64,000 bases of DNA. It comes from Octopus vulgaris. Taxonomy: Eukaryota. The stretch is from NCBI GenBank assembly GCA_951406725.2, contig OX597840.1, positions 1,426,001 through 1,490,000 on the forward strand. The letters run 5' to 3'. Position numbers and translations under genes: made by a program. The notes under the pieces were generated by a model. That model saw nothing but the letters and a program-made list of their open reading frames with translations, had not been told where the DNA came from and did no database searches. Of this stretch, positions 27,370 through 41,876 are shown piece by piece; the first letter of the stretch is position 1, and the number at the start of each line of letters is the position of its first letter.

Positions 27370-28610
27370 CTGCCCAGTGTGGTAACGGTGGTTACAGTAG
27401 CAATGGGACACAGAATTTCAGTGGTGGCCACGGTAGTAACATGGTAATAGTGGTAAGGGAAGATTAAGGTGGCGGTGGCGGTCAGCGTGACAGCAGCAGT
27501 TATGATGGGAGCAGTGGAAATCATTATATTAGTAGTTTTAGCCATCGTAGGTCAATGTTGTAGAAGTGTGGTCGACCTCGACGTGGTGGCCACAATGGAT
27601 GTATGGGTCAAGAATTGGTGGTGTTTAGATAAGTGGAGTTGGTGAGGGTAGTAGTGGAGGTGATCAAAGTTGTAGCTGTGGCCATTGTAGTTTGAGTGGT
27701 CAAGATGAAAATAATGATTGCAGTTGCGGTGGTAGTTTACATTGGTAGTAGTGAACGAGGTATTTGTACGGTTAGACTTGTAGGGGTAATTCTCGGGGAG
27801 GTAGGGTTCATATCGGTGGTGGTGGTAATGGTGGAGGTACTGGTGGTGGTGTTGGTTGTGATGGTGATGGTGGTGATGAAGGCGGTGCTCTTGGTGGAGA
27901 TGGCGGTGGTATTCGTGTTGGTAGTGTCCGTGGTGACGATGGTGGTAGTGGTTGTGGTGGTTGTAGAGGTATTAGTGTTAGTGGTGTATTGGTAATGGTG
28001 ATAATGGTTTTAATGTTGTTGTTGGTGGTGGTGGCGGTGGTAGTGGGGGTGGTAATAAAATTAGTGTTGGTAGCAGCGTGAATGCCGATGATAGTGCTTG
28101 TAAGTGTGGTGGTTGTGGTGGTAGTGTAGTACATAGAGGAGGCGGTGTCAGTAGTAGTTGTAGTAGTAGTAGTAGTAATAGTAGTAGTAGTAGTAGTAGC
28201 AGTAGTAGTAGTAGTAGTAGTAGCAGCTGTAGTAGTAATAGTAGTAGTAGAGTAGTAGTAATAGTAGTAGCAGTAGTAGTAGCAGCAATAGTAGTAATAG
28301 TAGTAGTAGTAATAGTAATAGCAGTAGTAGTAGTTGTAGTAGTAGCAGTAGAGGTAGTAGTAGTAGTAGTAGTAGTAGGAGTCGTGGTATTATTGGTAGT
28401 GGTGGCGATAGAAGTGATAAGTACTCGTGGTGGTTGGCACGGTTGTAGCGGAGATAATGGTGCGAGTACTAATAAAAGAAGCAGTTGCGGCGATGGTGGC
28501 AGTGCCGGCTGTGGCGGCAGCGTTGGCTCCGGCGGCAGTGGTGATGGTGACAATGTTTATTGTAGTGGTGGTGGTGGTGGTGGTGGTGGTGGTTGCGGTG
28601 GTGGCGGCTT
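27370..28610. repeat. Degenerate (GGT)n/(AGT)n low-complexity region
   Basis: Directly visible. Confidence 0.85.
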
Positions 28611-28819
28611 TCGTTATCCAATAACGACGTATCCGGACAATACGGTATAATCAGTGAGATCGGCATTAAATCATCCATGGTTATTGGTGGTTTTTATAAC
28701 ATACACTTTTATATAGCCAACACACTCACACACACACACACACAAACACACGCACGCATACACATACATAAACACACGCATTTACATAGACACACACCAC
28801 ACACACATATATATGCATG

Positions 28820-28869
<50 letters not shown>

Positions 28870-29014
28870 CGTGTGTGTTGACGTATTTCTACGCCTATAT
28901 ATTCATGCATACAAGTTTATGGGCGCATGCCTGCATACAACTATGTATGCATTCATATAGATAAATATAAATACACCTGTTTATACATGCATATATATAT
29001 ATGTGTGTGTCTCC

Positions 29015-29049
<35 letters not shown>

Positions 29050-29218
29050 ATGTGTATATATATGTGTGTGTTTCTTAGATATATATATATATATATATAC
29101 ATATAATGTGTCTGTACTCACGCTACTTAGAATATTATTGGCAATCGCCAAAGCATTATAGCGCCATGTATCACTGATTATAACCACAGCTGTGGTTCTT
29201 TACATGCGGAGAGAAAGC

Positions 29219-29267
<49 letters not shown>

Positions 29268-29442
29268 AGAGAGAGAGTGAGTGAGTGAGTGAGTGAGTGA
29301 GTGAGTGAGTAAGAGTGAGAGAAAAACTGAGAGAAAGAGAGGCGGGGAGGGAGTAACACGGAGTGAAATATAGGTAGGAAGAAAGATAGAGGAAAATTTC
29401 AGAGAAATGGAGAAAGAGTAGAGAAGAGAAGAGAAGACAGAA

Positions 29443-29476
<34 letters not shown>

Positions 29477-29911
29477 TGGGTGAGAAGTGGGGATAGGAGG
29501 TGAGAGAGGGAGAAAGAAAGGAGGAAGAGAAACAGAGAGAGGGATAGAAGTGAAACAAAAGGCTAGGTATCAGAGACAGAGAGCGAGAGAGAGAGAGAGA
29601 GAGATTTGGCAAAGGAAAATTTGTGATAGAGAAAGAGAAGGAAGATATTGACAGAGGAGGAGGAGCGCAACATCGATGTCTGCCAGAGGTGTGTGTATGT
29701 GTAAGCGTATGTGTGTGGACCTGTGTGTGTGTGTGTATGTGTGTGTGTGTGTGTGTGTGTGTATGGTGTGTGTGAGTGTTTTGCGTTCTATACAGTGAAA
29801 ACACTGACAGAAATATTTAGAGCGACATTTTCAGAAAGAGAAACGTACACTTACGAAAGCGTGTGGTGTGTGTGTGTATGTTTTTGTGTGTGTGTATGTG
29901 TGTGTATGTGT

Positions 29912-29957
<46 letters not shown>

Positions 29958-30269
29958 AGTAGGAGACAGAGGTGGGGGTAAACAAATAAGAAATACGGAA
30001 GGCCTAGCGCAAATACTTTTTGAAGAATCGTGTAGCAACATGGAATAATAGAGAAACGGAGAAAGAGAACGAGAGCGAGGAGAGAGAGAGAGAGAGAATG
30101 AGAGCGAGAGAGAGAGAGGGGGAGGGAGGGAGGGAGAGAGAGCGCGTACAATTTGTCAATGACACTTAGCAGACAGGTGCGACAAAGTAAATTTCAGGTA
30201 GAGTGTCTCTTTAATTTAATCTGATTTTCGCAAGAACTCTCTTCATCCATCAAGAATTACTGCAGAACG

Positions 30270-30512
30270 TTGACATAGAGACCAAAAATCCAGTGACATA
30301 TGGACTAAAATCCCATGTCTTGTCCTAATCGTTTACATAAACTGCTGCTGGAAATCCCTAAAAATGTTTTGAACCGGACCACATCCCCCTAACTGCTGCC
30401 ATAATCCTTGGCTTCAGTTTATCTTTAGTGTTACAAGGAGTTTTGTTCCTCTCTCGCACAGTTGCACCCCACACATAATAATTAAGAGGGATGAATCTGG
30501 AGAGTTAGGTGC
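30270..30512 (-). pseudogene. Tc1/mariner fragment, same family as 18910-19525
   Basis: Shared 'tgccataatccttggcttcagtt...cccacacataataattaagaggg...ggagagttaggtg'. Confidence 0.75.
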
Positions 30513-30784
30513 ATCTTTGTGTGTCAAAAACCAAATTTACTCATTAAGGGCCGCTGTGTTGCCAATTCGTGTCTGTGCCCCCAAATCTTAATGAACGATT
30601 CTTGTTCTTATTGGTTTAAATGTACATTTCTTGGCTTCGGTAATATGGTCTTCGTATTTCGCGTTGAAGTATTTGTTGATGATCCTCTCACCGTTAGTAC
30701 TCCCTTCAGAGACCTTTTTCTGATCCACACTTATATTAATAATTTGCGCATTAACGTTCCTCATCATGTATTTCTTTTTAACAG

Positions 30785-31925
30785 GAGGCGAGCTGGCAGA
30801 AACGTTAGCACCCCTGGCGAAATGCTTAGCGGTATTTCGTTTTCTGCTACGTTCTGAGTTCAAATTCCGCCCAGGTCGACTTTGCCTTTCATCCTTTCAG
30901 GGTCGATAAATTAAGTACCAGTTATGCACTGGGGTCGATATAATTGACTTAATCCGTTTGTCTGTCATTGTTTGTCCCCTCTGTGTTTAGCCCCTTGTGG
31001 GCAGTAATAAACTAGGTATTTCGTCTGCCGCTACGTGCTGAATTCAAATTCCGCCGGGATTCACTTTGCTTTTCACCCTTTCGGGGTGGATAAATTAAGT
31101 ACCAGTTACGTACTGGGGTCAATGTAATTGAGTTAATCCCTTTGTCTGCCCTTGTTTGAGTTCAAATTCCGCCCAGGTCGACTTTGCCTTTCATCCTTTC
31201 AGGGTCGATAAATTAAGTACCAGTTATGCACTGGGGTCGATATAATTGACTTAATCCGTTTGTCTGTCATTGTTTGTCCCCTCTGTGTTTAGCCCCTTGT
31301 GGGCAGTAATAAACTAGGTATTTCGTCTGCCGCTACGTGCTGAATTCAAATTCCGCCGGGATTCACTTTGCTTTTCACCCTTTCGGGGTGGATAAATTAA
31401 ATACCAGTTACGTACTGGGGTCAATGTAATTGAGTTAATCCCTTTGTCTGCCCTTGTTTGTTCCCTCTATGTTTAGCCCCTTGTGGGCAATAAAGAAATA
31501 AGGCGGTGAGCTGGGAGACTCATTAGCAAACTGGAAAAAATCTTTAGTTGCCTTTTCTCTGCCTTCACGTTCTGAGTTCAAATTCCGCCGGGGTCGACAT
31601 TAACATTCATCCTTTTGGAGTCGATAAAATAAGTACCAGTTTGAACTGTGGGGATGCGGTGTAGATGTAATCGACTTAACCATCACCTCTTAATTGCTTA
31701 CCTTGTGCCAAAAGTTAAAACCATTATGTTTCTCTTTGATAGGCAGGTAGAATCATCAGCTGTATTTTGTCCTTTTTACGTTATAAGTTCAAATTCCGCT
31801 GAGGTCGAATTTAACTTCCATCCCTTTCGAGGTTGATAAAATAAGTACCAGTTGACTACTGAGGTCATTCTGATAGACTTTCCCCCTACCTTGAAGTTGC
31901 TGGATTTGTGCCAAAATTTGAAGCT
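30785..31925 (+). mobile_element. Head-to-tail array of six SINE family A units including a 302-bp tandem duplication
   Basis: The 'ttcaaattccgc...agtaccagtt' core recurs six times; 30855-31156 is near-identical to 31157-31458. Confidence 0.9.
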
Positions 31926-32712
31926 AATATATTTCTCTTTAAAGTACATTTTTGCCAAACACGTTCGATTCTGCACTAATCAGGCTAGTCAAAGCGTTTT
32001 ACAACCGATAGGTTATCATCGCTCCCGTAACCTATCAAAGGCCCGCTTGACATTTCGTAGGGCTTCTGCGGCAGTGTGACCCATACGAGAAAATCACTCA
32101 ACATAGTTCGGTTGTTATCATTTTCATAAGGTCTGTGGTTACGAATTTTGTATATCAATATTGTTAGAAAGGAAAATGAGTCAAGAGTAAATGCAAGGTA
32201 TACATAATTGAGTCCTTAAATGACTGAAATTACAAGGAATAAAAAATGCGCCATATTTGGAACAACCTAATATATACATAGCTACATACATACATACATA
32301 CATTCATACATACACACACATACATACATACTTACATACATACATATATACACACATACATACATACATACAAATATAGCACCAAGCATACATACACCCA
32401 TACATACACACATACGTACATGCATACATAAACACATATGTATGATTGGCCCGCACTCTCATAAACTCATCTACACATAAACTCAACTAGGGAAACGTTT
32501 CAATCTCGTGGATGATCTAGTTATACACTTCGACATGGTGGTTATTTTGTTGCTATTGCATATGAAACAATACCGATATGGTATGTGTGTCTCACAGTGA
32601 CAGAGAAGACATGATGCAAAATAACCAAGGCGAAAAAAAACAAGCGTAGTGAACTGAACGAAGATATGTTAATTTATATATATGTATACGTACACACACA
32701 CACATATAAATG

Positions 32713-32743
<31 letters not shown>

Positions 32744-32807
32744 TAATATATATATATGTATGTATGTATACATATATATATATATAATATATATATATGT
32801 TAATATA

Positions 32808-32846
<39 letters not shown>

Positions 32847-33641
32847 CATACATACACACACATATATATGTATGCATATATATATATAATATATATGTAT
32901 GTATATATATATATATATATATATATTTGTATGCAATGTCAGTGTCATTGAGTTTTAGCGCATGATGTATATGTATAGGTAGGTAATGTAAATATAATAA
33001 ACATTCACACAGATACACATACTTAGGTACATAGAAACACACAAGCACAGACGAACTTATCTATTTGTGTCTGCATACACGCGACGTAGACGTACCTTTT
33101 TACTACGTGTAGTAGATATGCGCTGGGGTGTGTTTGTGTATACACAGCTATTTGTTATTTATGAGCCGAATGATGGTATATATAAATAGATATCAAACGG
33201 TATCTATAGTTCGGGTCAGTATATTCAAAAACAAAAAAAAAACACAAAAAGAACGTTATTATAGGCAAGAATGCTTTTTCTTTTTTTTTTGGTACCAACG
33301 AATTCCAAATACTTTTGATTGATGTTAAGCAAAGAACATTAACCGTTTTTTAATGTTCCTTTTCTTTGAAATATAAATAATTTTTTTTTTATTCTATTTT
33401 TCATAAAATAAGTTTTTTGGAATGTTTCGTGTTTAAAGTAGTGTTTATTTAAGAGATGATAAAAAAAAAACAACTTAGAAACATATAAAGCAAACCACAA
33501 AAAAAAAATAGAAAGAGAACAAGTGTTTTAACTAGAAGAGCAAGGTCGTGTGTCTCGGTGTGTCTTTACGTGTCTCTCTTTCTGAACTGAATATTATACC
33601 AGTTTACCACGAGATATCCACTGAGTGTTAGGTGTATGTGC

Positions 33642-33694
<53 letters not shown>

Positions 33695-33773
33695 GTGTGT
33701 GTGTGTGTTTCTGTGTGCGTGTCTATGTATATACATGTATGTATGTATGTATGTATATATATATATATATATT

Positions 33774-33815
<42 letters not shown>

Positions 33816-34585
33816 TATATATATTTATATATGTATATAAATACATATATATATAAATATATATATGCATATATATATATATATATATATAGACATATGT
33901 ATATAAATATATACATCTATATGACTATATATATATATGTATATATATGTGTATATATATATATATATACACACACACATACACACTGTTGGCTGTCATG
34001 AAGTCTGCTGTTTAATAGTCTGATATGTCAACATGTCGCCTTTAGTATGATAACAGTCCGTCGAAGTTTATACATTCACATACATGTTGATGCAAGCCTA
34101 TATAGTCAGGTGTCTCGCTCAAGAAGACAACGCATTGCCCAGACTAACAAAAAGCGACTTAGTTTAATCACGCCTTTTTGTTTCTCTGATTTACTGTCTT
34201 CCTTTATGTCTATCGTTTTGCATTGATTTGCAAATACACAATTGTCTTGTTATAATGCATAGGATGAATGTTAGTGCAAACATGCAAAAGAAATTTCTTT
34301 CACATTGAACTTATTAGTAAATGGCGAATGCTCCGAAACAACTGTAGTCTTAAGTACGACAAGTGGTCAAATAAACATATCTACCTCTGATACCTTCCCC
34401 TGTCTTTTTGCTTTGCTTCATATACACCTCATTATATATATGTATATATATGTATATACATACACACATACACATATATATATATATATATAGTGAGAGA
34501 GAGAGAGAGAAATATAAATAGTATAGATTAGTATGTGTGTGCGTGTGTGTAGGTGAGTGGATATATATATATATATATATATATA

Positions 34586-35025
34586 TAAATGAAAGAATGG
34601 AGTTGAACGACGAATTAACAAAATTCCTTTATTTTCGACATATGTTTCGAAGGCTGCATAATCCTAATTTCGAAGGAATAGGGGGTGCATTATGCCGCCT
34701 TCTCATCAGGAAAAACAAGGAAATTATGTCAGCATCATGATGCACAAAAAACTTTTAGATGACTGCATAATGCACCCATTATTCCTTCGAAATTAGGAAT
34801 ATGCAGCCTTCGAAACTATGTCGAAAATAAAGGAATTTTGTTAATTCGTCGTTCAACTCCATTCTTTCATTTATTTTATTTAAAAAAAACACACAAATTT
34901 CCACACGATAGCACGCCTTCTCTGCCCTAGGCATGTAGCTTCAACCGTGTTTTTCTGACGTGAATTTGCTACCCAGGTATCGGTTAACCGAATTATCCAT
35001 AATAAGATAATTCATTCAACTACTC

Positions 35026-35030
<5 letters not shown>
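34586..35030. mobile_element. Fold-back pLTR-like element in (TA)n
   Basis: Arms 34586-34695 and 34765-34873 are near-perfect reverse complements; ~155-bp tail on the right. Confidence 0.85.
34626..34720 (-). ncRNA. Canonical-core type I hammerhead ribozyme
   Basis: TTTTC-CTGATGA-GAAGGC..GCCTTC-GAAA-CATATG-TC-GAAAA; all core bases are canonical, with a GUC site between 34637 and 34636. Confidence 0.85.
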
Positions 35031-35064
<34 letters not shown>

Positions 35065-35611
35065 CTAAATAAGCAACAATATATCCGAGGTAATGTGGTA
35101 CGATCGTTTCATGCTACTTCATTTTATTAAATCGTTTTTAATCATCCGTAGACATCATTTTTCTCTGTCTGTCTTAACTTCAACAACCTTATGAAATTGT
35201 CTATTCATTCTTTTCTTTATCCCACTATTTTCAGCTTCATTTCATTTACAATTACTGGTACAGTGCTTTATCATTAATGTTATTTTGAAATATTAAAATG
35301 TGTACATGTAAAACTGGGGTGTATACTTAATCAATAAGTTTCCGTACTTACGTGATTGCCCTACGAACACACACACACACACATATATATATATAACAGT
35401 CCAACAATTTTAATGTGTATTACTTTCTCGTGTGTGGTCCAGCGCTTTTGTCAGTGTGGCGAGCGTGTTTACACTTGTGCGAGTGACGCAGGTGACACGT
35501 AGTTAAAATACATCGTTTCATTCAGAAGATAGAAATAAATTTTAATGACCATAAAGTACTCAGATATAGTACATCATCATCATCATCATGATTATTATTA
35601 TTATTATTATT

Positions 35612-35772
35612 CTATGTTTGACTTTTGCTTTATATTTGTACAAGTTGGCTCCAAGTCTCACCCAGAGACCTCAAGAGACAACAGGGTTGGAAGTTCATGT
35701 TGTTGTTATGCCTAGTGTGCCATATATTTGGGGGGTGGGGATGTTGTACTAATGAATGTCTAAAAAAAAAAA
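35612..35772 (-). mobile_element. R4/Dong-like LINE 3' UTR in (TTA)n
   Basis: Near-identical to 41876-42030. Confidence 0.85.
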
Positions 35773-35834
<62 letters not shown>

Positions 35835-35855
35835 TTTTTTTTTTTTTTTTTTTTT

Positions 35856-36114
35856 CTTCTTTCAAATTCGCTTCCATTTCTTGCCGAGTGTCTTCCCGAC
35901 ACCTAGGGCAAAGAAACTCATAGTATACATTGGTAGGCCATTAAACTAACCTCAATAGTTCGTTCATTTTTCTTTTTTTTTAAAGTTAAATTAAAATACA
36001 TGGGTAGTAATAATTCTCACATCGACAATGCTCTTCTCAATACATGTGATGTACCAATTCAGGCAATCTTTTGCACTTCTTGCAGGGATGGCAAGCCAGG
36101 GATCATTCTCATAT
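35856..36114 (-). mobile_element. R4/Dong-like LINE 3' end (second family) in (TTA)n
   Basis: RMIPGLPSLQEVQKIA*IGTSHVLRRALSM* resembles the C-terminus of ORF 42078..42500. Confidence 0.75.
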
Positions 36115-36115
36115 A

Positions 36116-36207
<92 letters not shown>

Positions 36208-36272
36208 CATTATTATTATTATTATCATTATTACTATTATCATTATTATTACTATTATTGTTGTTGTTCTTG

Positions 36273-36351
<79 letters not shown>

Positions 36352-36643
36352 CATGTTTTTTCCTTCTGTCTTCAAATATTCTTCCGTTTCTCGCCGAGTG
36401 TTTTCCATACACCTAGGGCAGAGAAGCTCATTGTATGAATTCCCAGATTACACGCGCAAATTCACAGATAAAATATGTATTTAACAATTAATAAGTAGAT
36501 AAATGCATGGATGGATGTTGTTTTCACAGCGATAGTTCTCTTTTCAGTAGATGAACCGTTCCAGTTAATACGATTTTTTGCACATCCTGTAGAGATGGTA
36601 AGCCTGGAATCATTTTCAAATATGTTTCAGTACCTTTTTTCCC
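36352..36643 (-). mobile_element. R4/Dong-like LINE 3' UTR related to 35856-36114
   Basis: Shared 'tcaaat..cttcc.tttct.gccgagtgt.ttcc..acacctagggca'; (TTA)n on both sides. Confidence 0.65.
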
Positions 36644-37113
<470 letters not shown>

Positions 37114-37142
37114 CATTATTATTGTTGTTGTTATTGTTATTA

Positions 37143-37173
<31 letters not shown>

Positions 37174-37281
37174 TATTACTAGTAGTATTAGTAGTGGTAA
37201 TAGTAGTAGTAATATTTGTAGTGTTGTTGATGTTGGTTGTGGAGATGTCAGTAGTAGTTGTATTAGTAGTAGCAGTAGTAA

Positions 37282-37323
<42 letters not shown>

Positions 37324-37903
37324 CAGCAGCAGCAGCAGTAGTAGTAGTAGTCTGGTGCCAGTAGCGTTGGTCACTATAACGGTGTCAACATTGGTAGCGT
37401 TATTTAGTGCTTGTGGCACTAAAGCTACTAATAATAGATACGGTGTCTTTATTAGTCGTAGTGGTAGTCTGCGTGGTGGTCGCAGTTTCCGCAAATATAC
37501 GCAAAGGTTATTTGTTTCAACACTTAAAACAAGGTTAATACCGTTCTCTTCTAAATACTTGTATATATAAATGTTTTTATGTGTTTTTTTTTGTTTTTGC
37601 CGGTGTGAAGTGTAAGGGCTGGAGGTTACGGGGTTCCGTTCTAAAGACAGGTTTGTTAGGTTTAATGTAACATAATGACAGTTATTATCACAAAGTTAAA
37701 ATATTTATGGACGGAGAGAATCTGTGTTTTCTGAGTCCCTAAAGACAAGATGAAAATTGGAGGGAAAAAAAAAGCAAAAGAAGATAAAAAAGAGACGAGA
37801 ACTATAAGACGAAATATATTATGGGGAGAAACATAGATACTACACCTATTGACATACATCTACAAATGTATGCGTGTATGTACTTATGTATATATATATA
37901 TAC

Positions 37904-37975
<72 letters not shown>

Positions 37976-38142
37976 ACATACATGTATGCATATGCATACA
38001 GACACATATGTATATACACATACATGCATGCAGATACACACATGCATATATATATATATATACACATATACACGCATACATAAATATATATAGATGCATG
38101 TATATATATATATATATATCTAGATACATATATACACATATA

Positions 38143-38178
<36 letters not shown>

Positions 38179-38265
38179 TATATATGTATATATATATATT
38201 TAATATATATATATATCTATGTATGTTGGTATCTATATGTATATATATACACACACTCACACATA

Positions 38266-38319
<54 letters not shown>

Positions 38320-38915
38320 TACACACACACACTTATATATATATATATATACACACATATATATATATAAATACATATACACACACACACATATATGTAT
38401 ATATGTGTGTGTATATATGTATGTATGTATATATATTACTGTCCGTATCGTGTATGGATGCTTCTATGTATGTGGGCATTAATGTTTCGTGAAAGAAAAT
38501 CAATGTGCGTTAGAGAAAAGGTGAGAAACAGCAGCGAAATAACAATCGTAAAAACACAACATGAACAACAATAACAAGAATAGCATCTCGAACACGAAGA
38601 ACGTTCGAGAAGGAGGAAATCAAAGTGTAAGATGGGAAGAGATGAAAAGAATTCTATGTAGATATGTACGTATGTGTATATGTATATATACATATATATT
38701 TGGAAATGTGTATGTGTATGTATGTATGTCTATATATATATATATAAATGTATACATATATATTCAAACATATATACATATGTATATACTCACACATATA
38801 TATGTTCATATGTATGTATACTGGTGCTCTAGGTATATGTTATACGAAACACGCGCACTGTTATTCATATATTTTTATGCATCGATACACATACATGTAC
38901 ATACATACATATATC

Positions 38916-38976
<61 letters not shown>

Positions 38977-38990
38977 ATATATATTATATA

Positions 38991-39076
<86 letters not shown>

Positions 39077-39239
39077 TTATTTTATAATTATATATACAAT
39101 TATAACAAGGGGCAGTTTAATGCATCACCACGCGCAGCTAGAAATAGACGTTAAATTATTTTTACTACATTAAACTCTCCGAGAGTAACACCCTTATTTG
39201 TAGGCAAATACAACAAAGATAATAAGTTAAACTTGGTTA

Positions 39240-39301
39240 ACCGTAGACACGTTTCGAACGCAAAGGAAAAATAATTTTGCTTACTGTCTCATCAGTACGA
39301 T
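39240..39301 (-). ncRNA. Canonical-core type I hammerhead ribozyme in a pLTR-like fragment (about 39100-39490)
   Basis: ATCGTA-CTGATGA-GA..gcaaa..tttgc..TC-GAAA-CGTG-TC-TACGGT. Confidence 0.7.
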
Positions 39302-39542
39302 ACTACTTAGAGCATAAATTCGCAAGTATTTCAAAAATATGCACCTGATAATGCGACAGCAAGTGTCCTATATCCATCCACACTCGCAAATCTCAACTGC
39401 CATGTTTAATACAAATCTCACTTTTATACCCACCTGTGTTTTCAGATCTGAGACCGCAGTAAATGCCGTTTCGATCATAGAGTGATCTATATGTATATAC
39501 TTATAGACACACACATACATATATAGGTGCAAGAAAAAAAAA

Positions 39543-39757
39543 AAGGCGGTGAGCTGGCAGAAACATCTGCGCGCCGGGCGAAATGCTTAGCCGTATTTCG
39601 TCTGTCGTTATGTTCTGAGTTCAAATTCCGCCGATGTCGACTTTGCCTTTCATCCTCTCGGGGTCGATAAATAAAGTACCAGTTTCGCACTGGGTTGATG
39701 TAATCGACTTAATCCGTTTGTCCCCTCTATGTTTAGCCCCTTGTGGGTAGTAAAGAT
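39543..39757 (+). mobile_element. SINE family A
   Basis: Matches 3669-3898. Confidence 0.85.
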
Positions 39758-40087
39758 ATATATATAGGTACACACGTATATATATATATAGTCATTACGT
39801 GGCAACATATATTTAATTGCATGTTGGCATTATCTTTACACATAGATATCATTGTGTACACATACCAAAGTATATGTGTATGTGTGTTTATGTGTTTGTG
39901 TGTGTGTGAGGGAGATTTTGTGCATATCAGTGTATGTGTGTATTATAAGATCGTAGTTAGCCCGAAACGCAGGTATTTCAATAAATACTCTCAACACGCA
40001 CATTTATAGACAACCTCTTTTCCTAATCAGAATACCTAAAACATATCTAAGAAAAATAAATAGGAACTATTAAAAAATTGTATAAAC

Positions 40088-40220
40088 GCAGGTGTAGTTG
40101 TGTGGTAAGAATTTTGTTTTCCTACCATAGGGCTCGGGGTTCAATCGCACTGAGAGGCACCTTGAGTAAGTGTCTTCTTCTAAAGCCTCGTGTTTAGCAA
40201 AGCTGAAAAAAAACCCATCT
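40088..40220 (+). mobile_element. SINE family B fragment
   Basis: Degenerate match to the 18035 head. Confidence 0.65.
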
Positions 40221-40246
40221 TAAATAAGTATATATATATATATATG

Positions 40247-41307
40247 TATATTATATTAAATTAGAGATAAAACCACTATTAGGCAAATCAAACAGTGAAA
40301 ATCATAAGCCAATACATAGAAATAAAATTAATTAAAAAAATATAAAATATAAAATATAAAAGATATAAAATTCCAAATTAAAATATTTAAATTAAACTTA
40401 AAATTTAAATAATTTAAACTTATAAATTTTAAATATATATATATTTATTATTATTATTATTATTTATTATTTTATTTTATTTATTTATTTATTTATTTAT
40501 TTATTTTTTAAAATTATATAACTATCAAAAAGTATTAAAAGTTTAATAGAAGATAAAGAATAAAAACACTACGATCTTTTCATGCCCGTAACCAATTCGA
40601 ATAACAATAATTTAAATTCAATTAATAATTCAAATTATGGTTATAGTCAATCTTCAGGTTAATTGTAATATTTTTAGAAATAATCAGAAATATTTAAACA
40701 ATATTTTAAAGAAATAAATAATATAATAATTTTACTTATAAAAAACTCTATTATCAAAGTAGAAACTTAACGATTATGATTATATCAAAACATCGATTAT
40801 AATGTTAAATTTTAGATCTTAGTTATATACATTTATATATTTTCATTGATGATTTATATATTACTTAAATTTTATATTTTTAATATATAATAGTCCTTTT
40901 TGGAAAATATTTATGTAATTAGATATTGACTATTACTGATATTAGATTATTGGTGGGTTTCTTACCTTGAAAATCAATATTTAACATTATAATCGATGTT
41001 TTGATATAATCATAATAGTTAAGTTTCTAGTTTGATAATAGAGTTTTTTATAAGTAAAATAATTATATTATTTATTTCTAAAAAATATAGTTTAAATATT
41101 TCTGATTATTTATTAAAATATTACAATTGACTTGAAGATTGACTGTAACCATAATTCGAATTATAAATTGAATTAAAATTATTGTTCTTCGAATTGGCAT
41201 GAAACGATCGTAGTGTTTTTAATATTTATCTTATATTGAACTTTTAATACTTTTTGATAGATATATAATAAAAAAAATTAATAAAATAAAATAATAATAA
41301 TAAATAA

Positions 41308-41346
<39 letters not shown>

Positions 41347-41613
41347 AAATTAATAAGTTTAAATAATTTAAATAATTTTAAACATTTCAACTTTGATTTA
41401 AATATTTAAAATTGGAATTTTATATTTTTTATATTTTATATTTTATATTTTTCTAATTAATTTTATTTCTATGTATTAGCTTATGATTTTCACTGCTTGA
41501 TTTGCCTAATAGTGGCTTTATCTCTAATTTAATATAATATATATTTATACTATATAATTAGATTTAATCCTAAATCTAATTTTTCCCAGTAAGTTTGGAT
41601 TTACTTCCTAATA

Positions 41614-41620
<7 letters not shown>
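40247..41620. mobile_element. Large AT-rich fold-back element with a hammerhead motif in each arm, in (TA)n
   Basis: Arms ~40247-40826 and ~40973-41540; motifs CTGAAGA...GAAA-aGATCG-TA (minus, 40566-40660) and TTGAAGA...GAAA-CGATCG-TA (plus, 41130-41215). Confidence 0.85.
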
Positions 41621-41691
<71 letters not shown>

Positions 41692-41817
41692 GCAACAAGG
41701 ATATCCAGAGGTAATGCAGTACGATCTTTTCATACAACTCCATTTAATCACCTTACTTTGAAATGTATGGATAATACCGTACTATACTATTATTATTATT
41801 ATTTTTATTAATATTAC

Positions 41818-41875
<58 letters not shown>

Positions 41876-41876
<1 letters not shown>

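Noticed and set aside
30785-31925. CRISPR-like regularly recurring repeats
   Set aside because: The units are SINE copies with homologous rather than unique intervening sequence; no cas genes; eukaryotic context.
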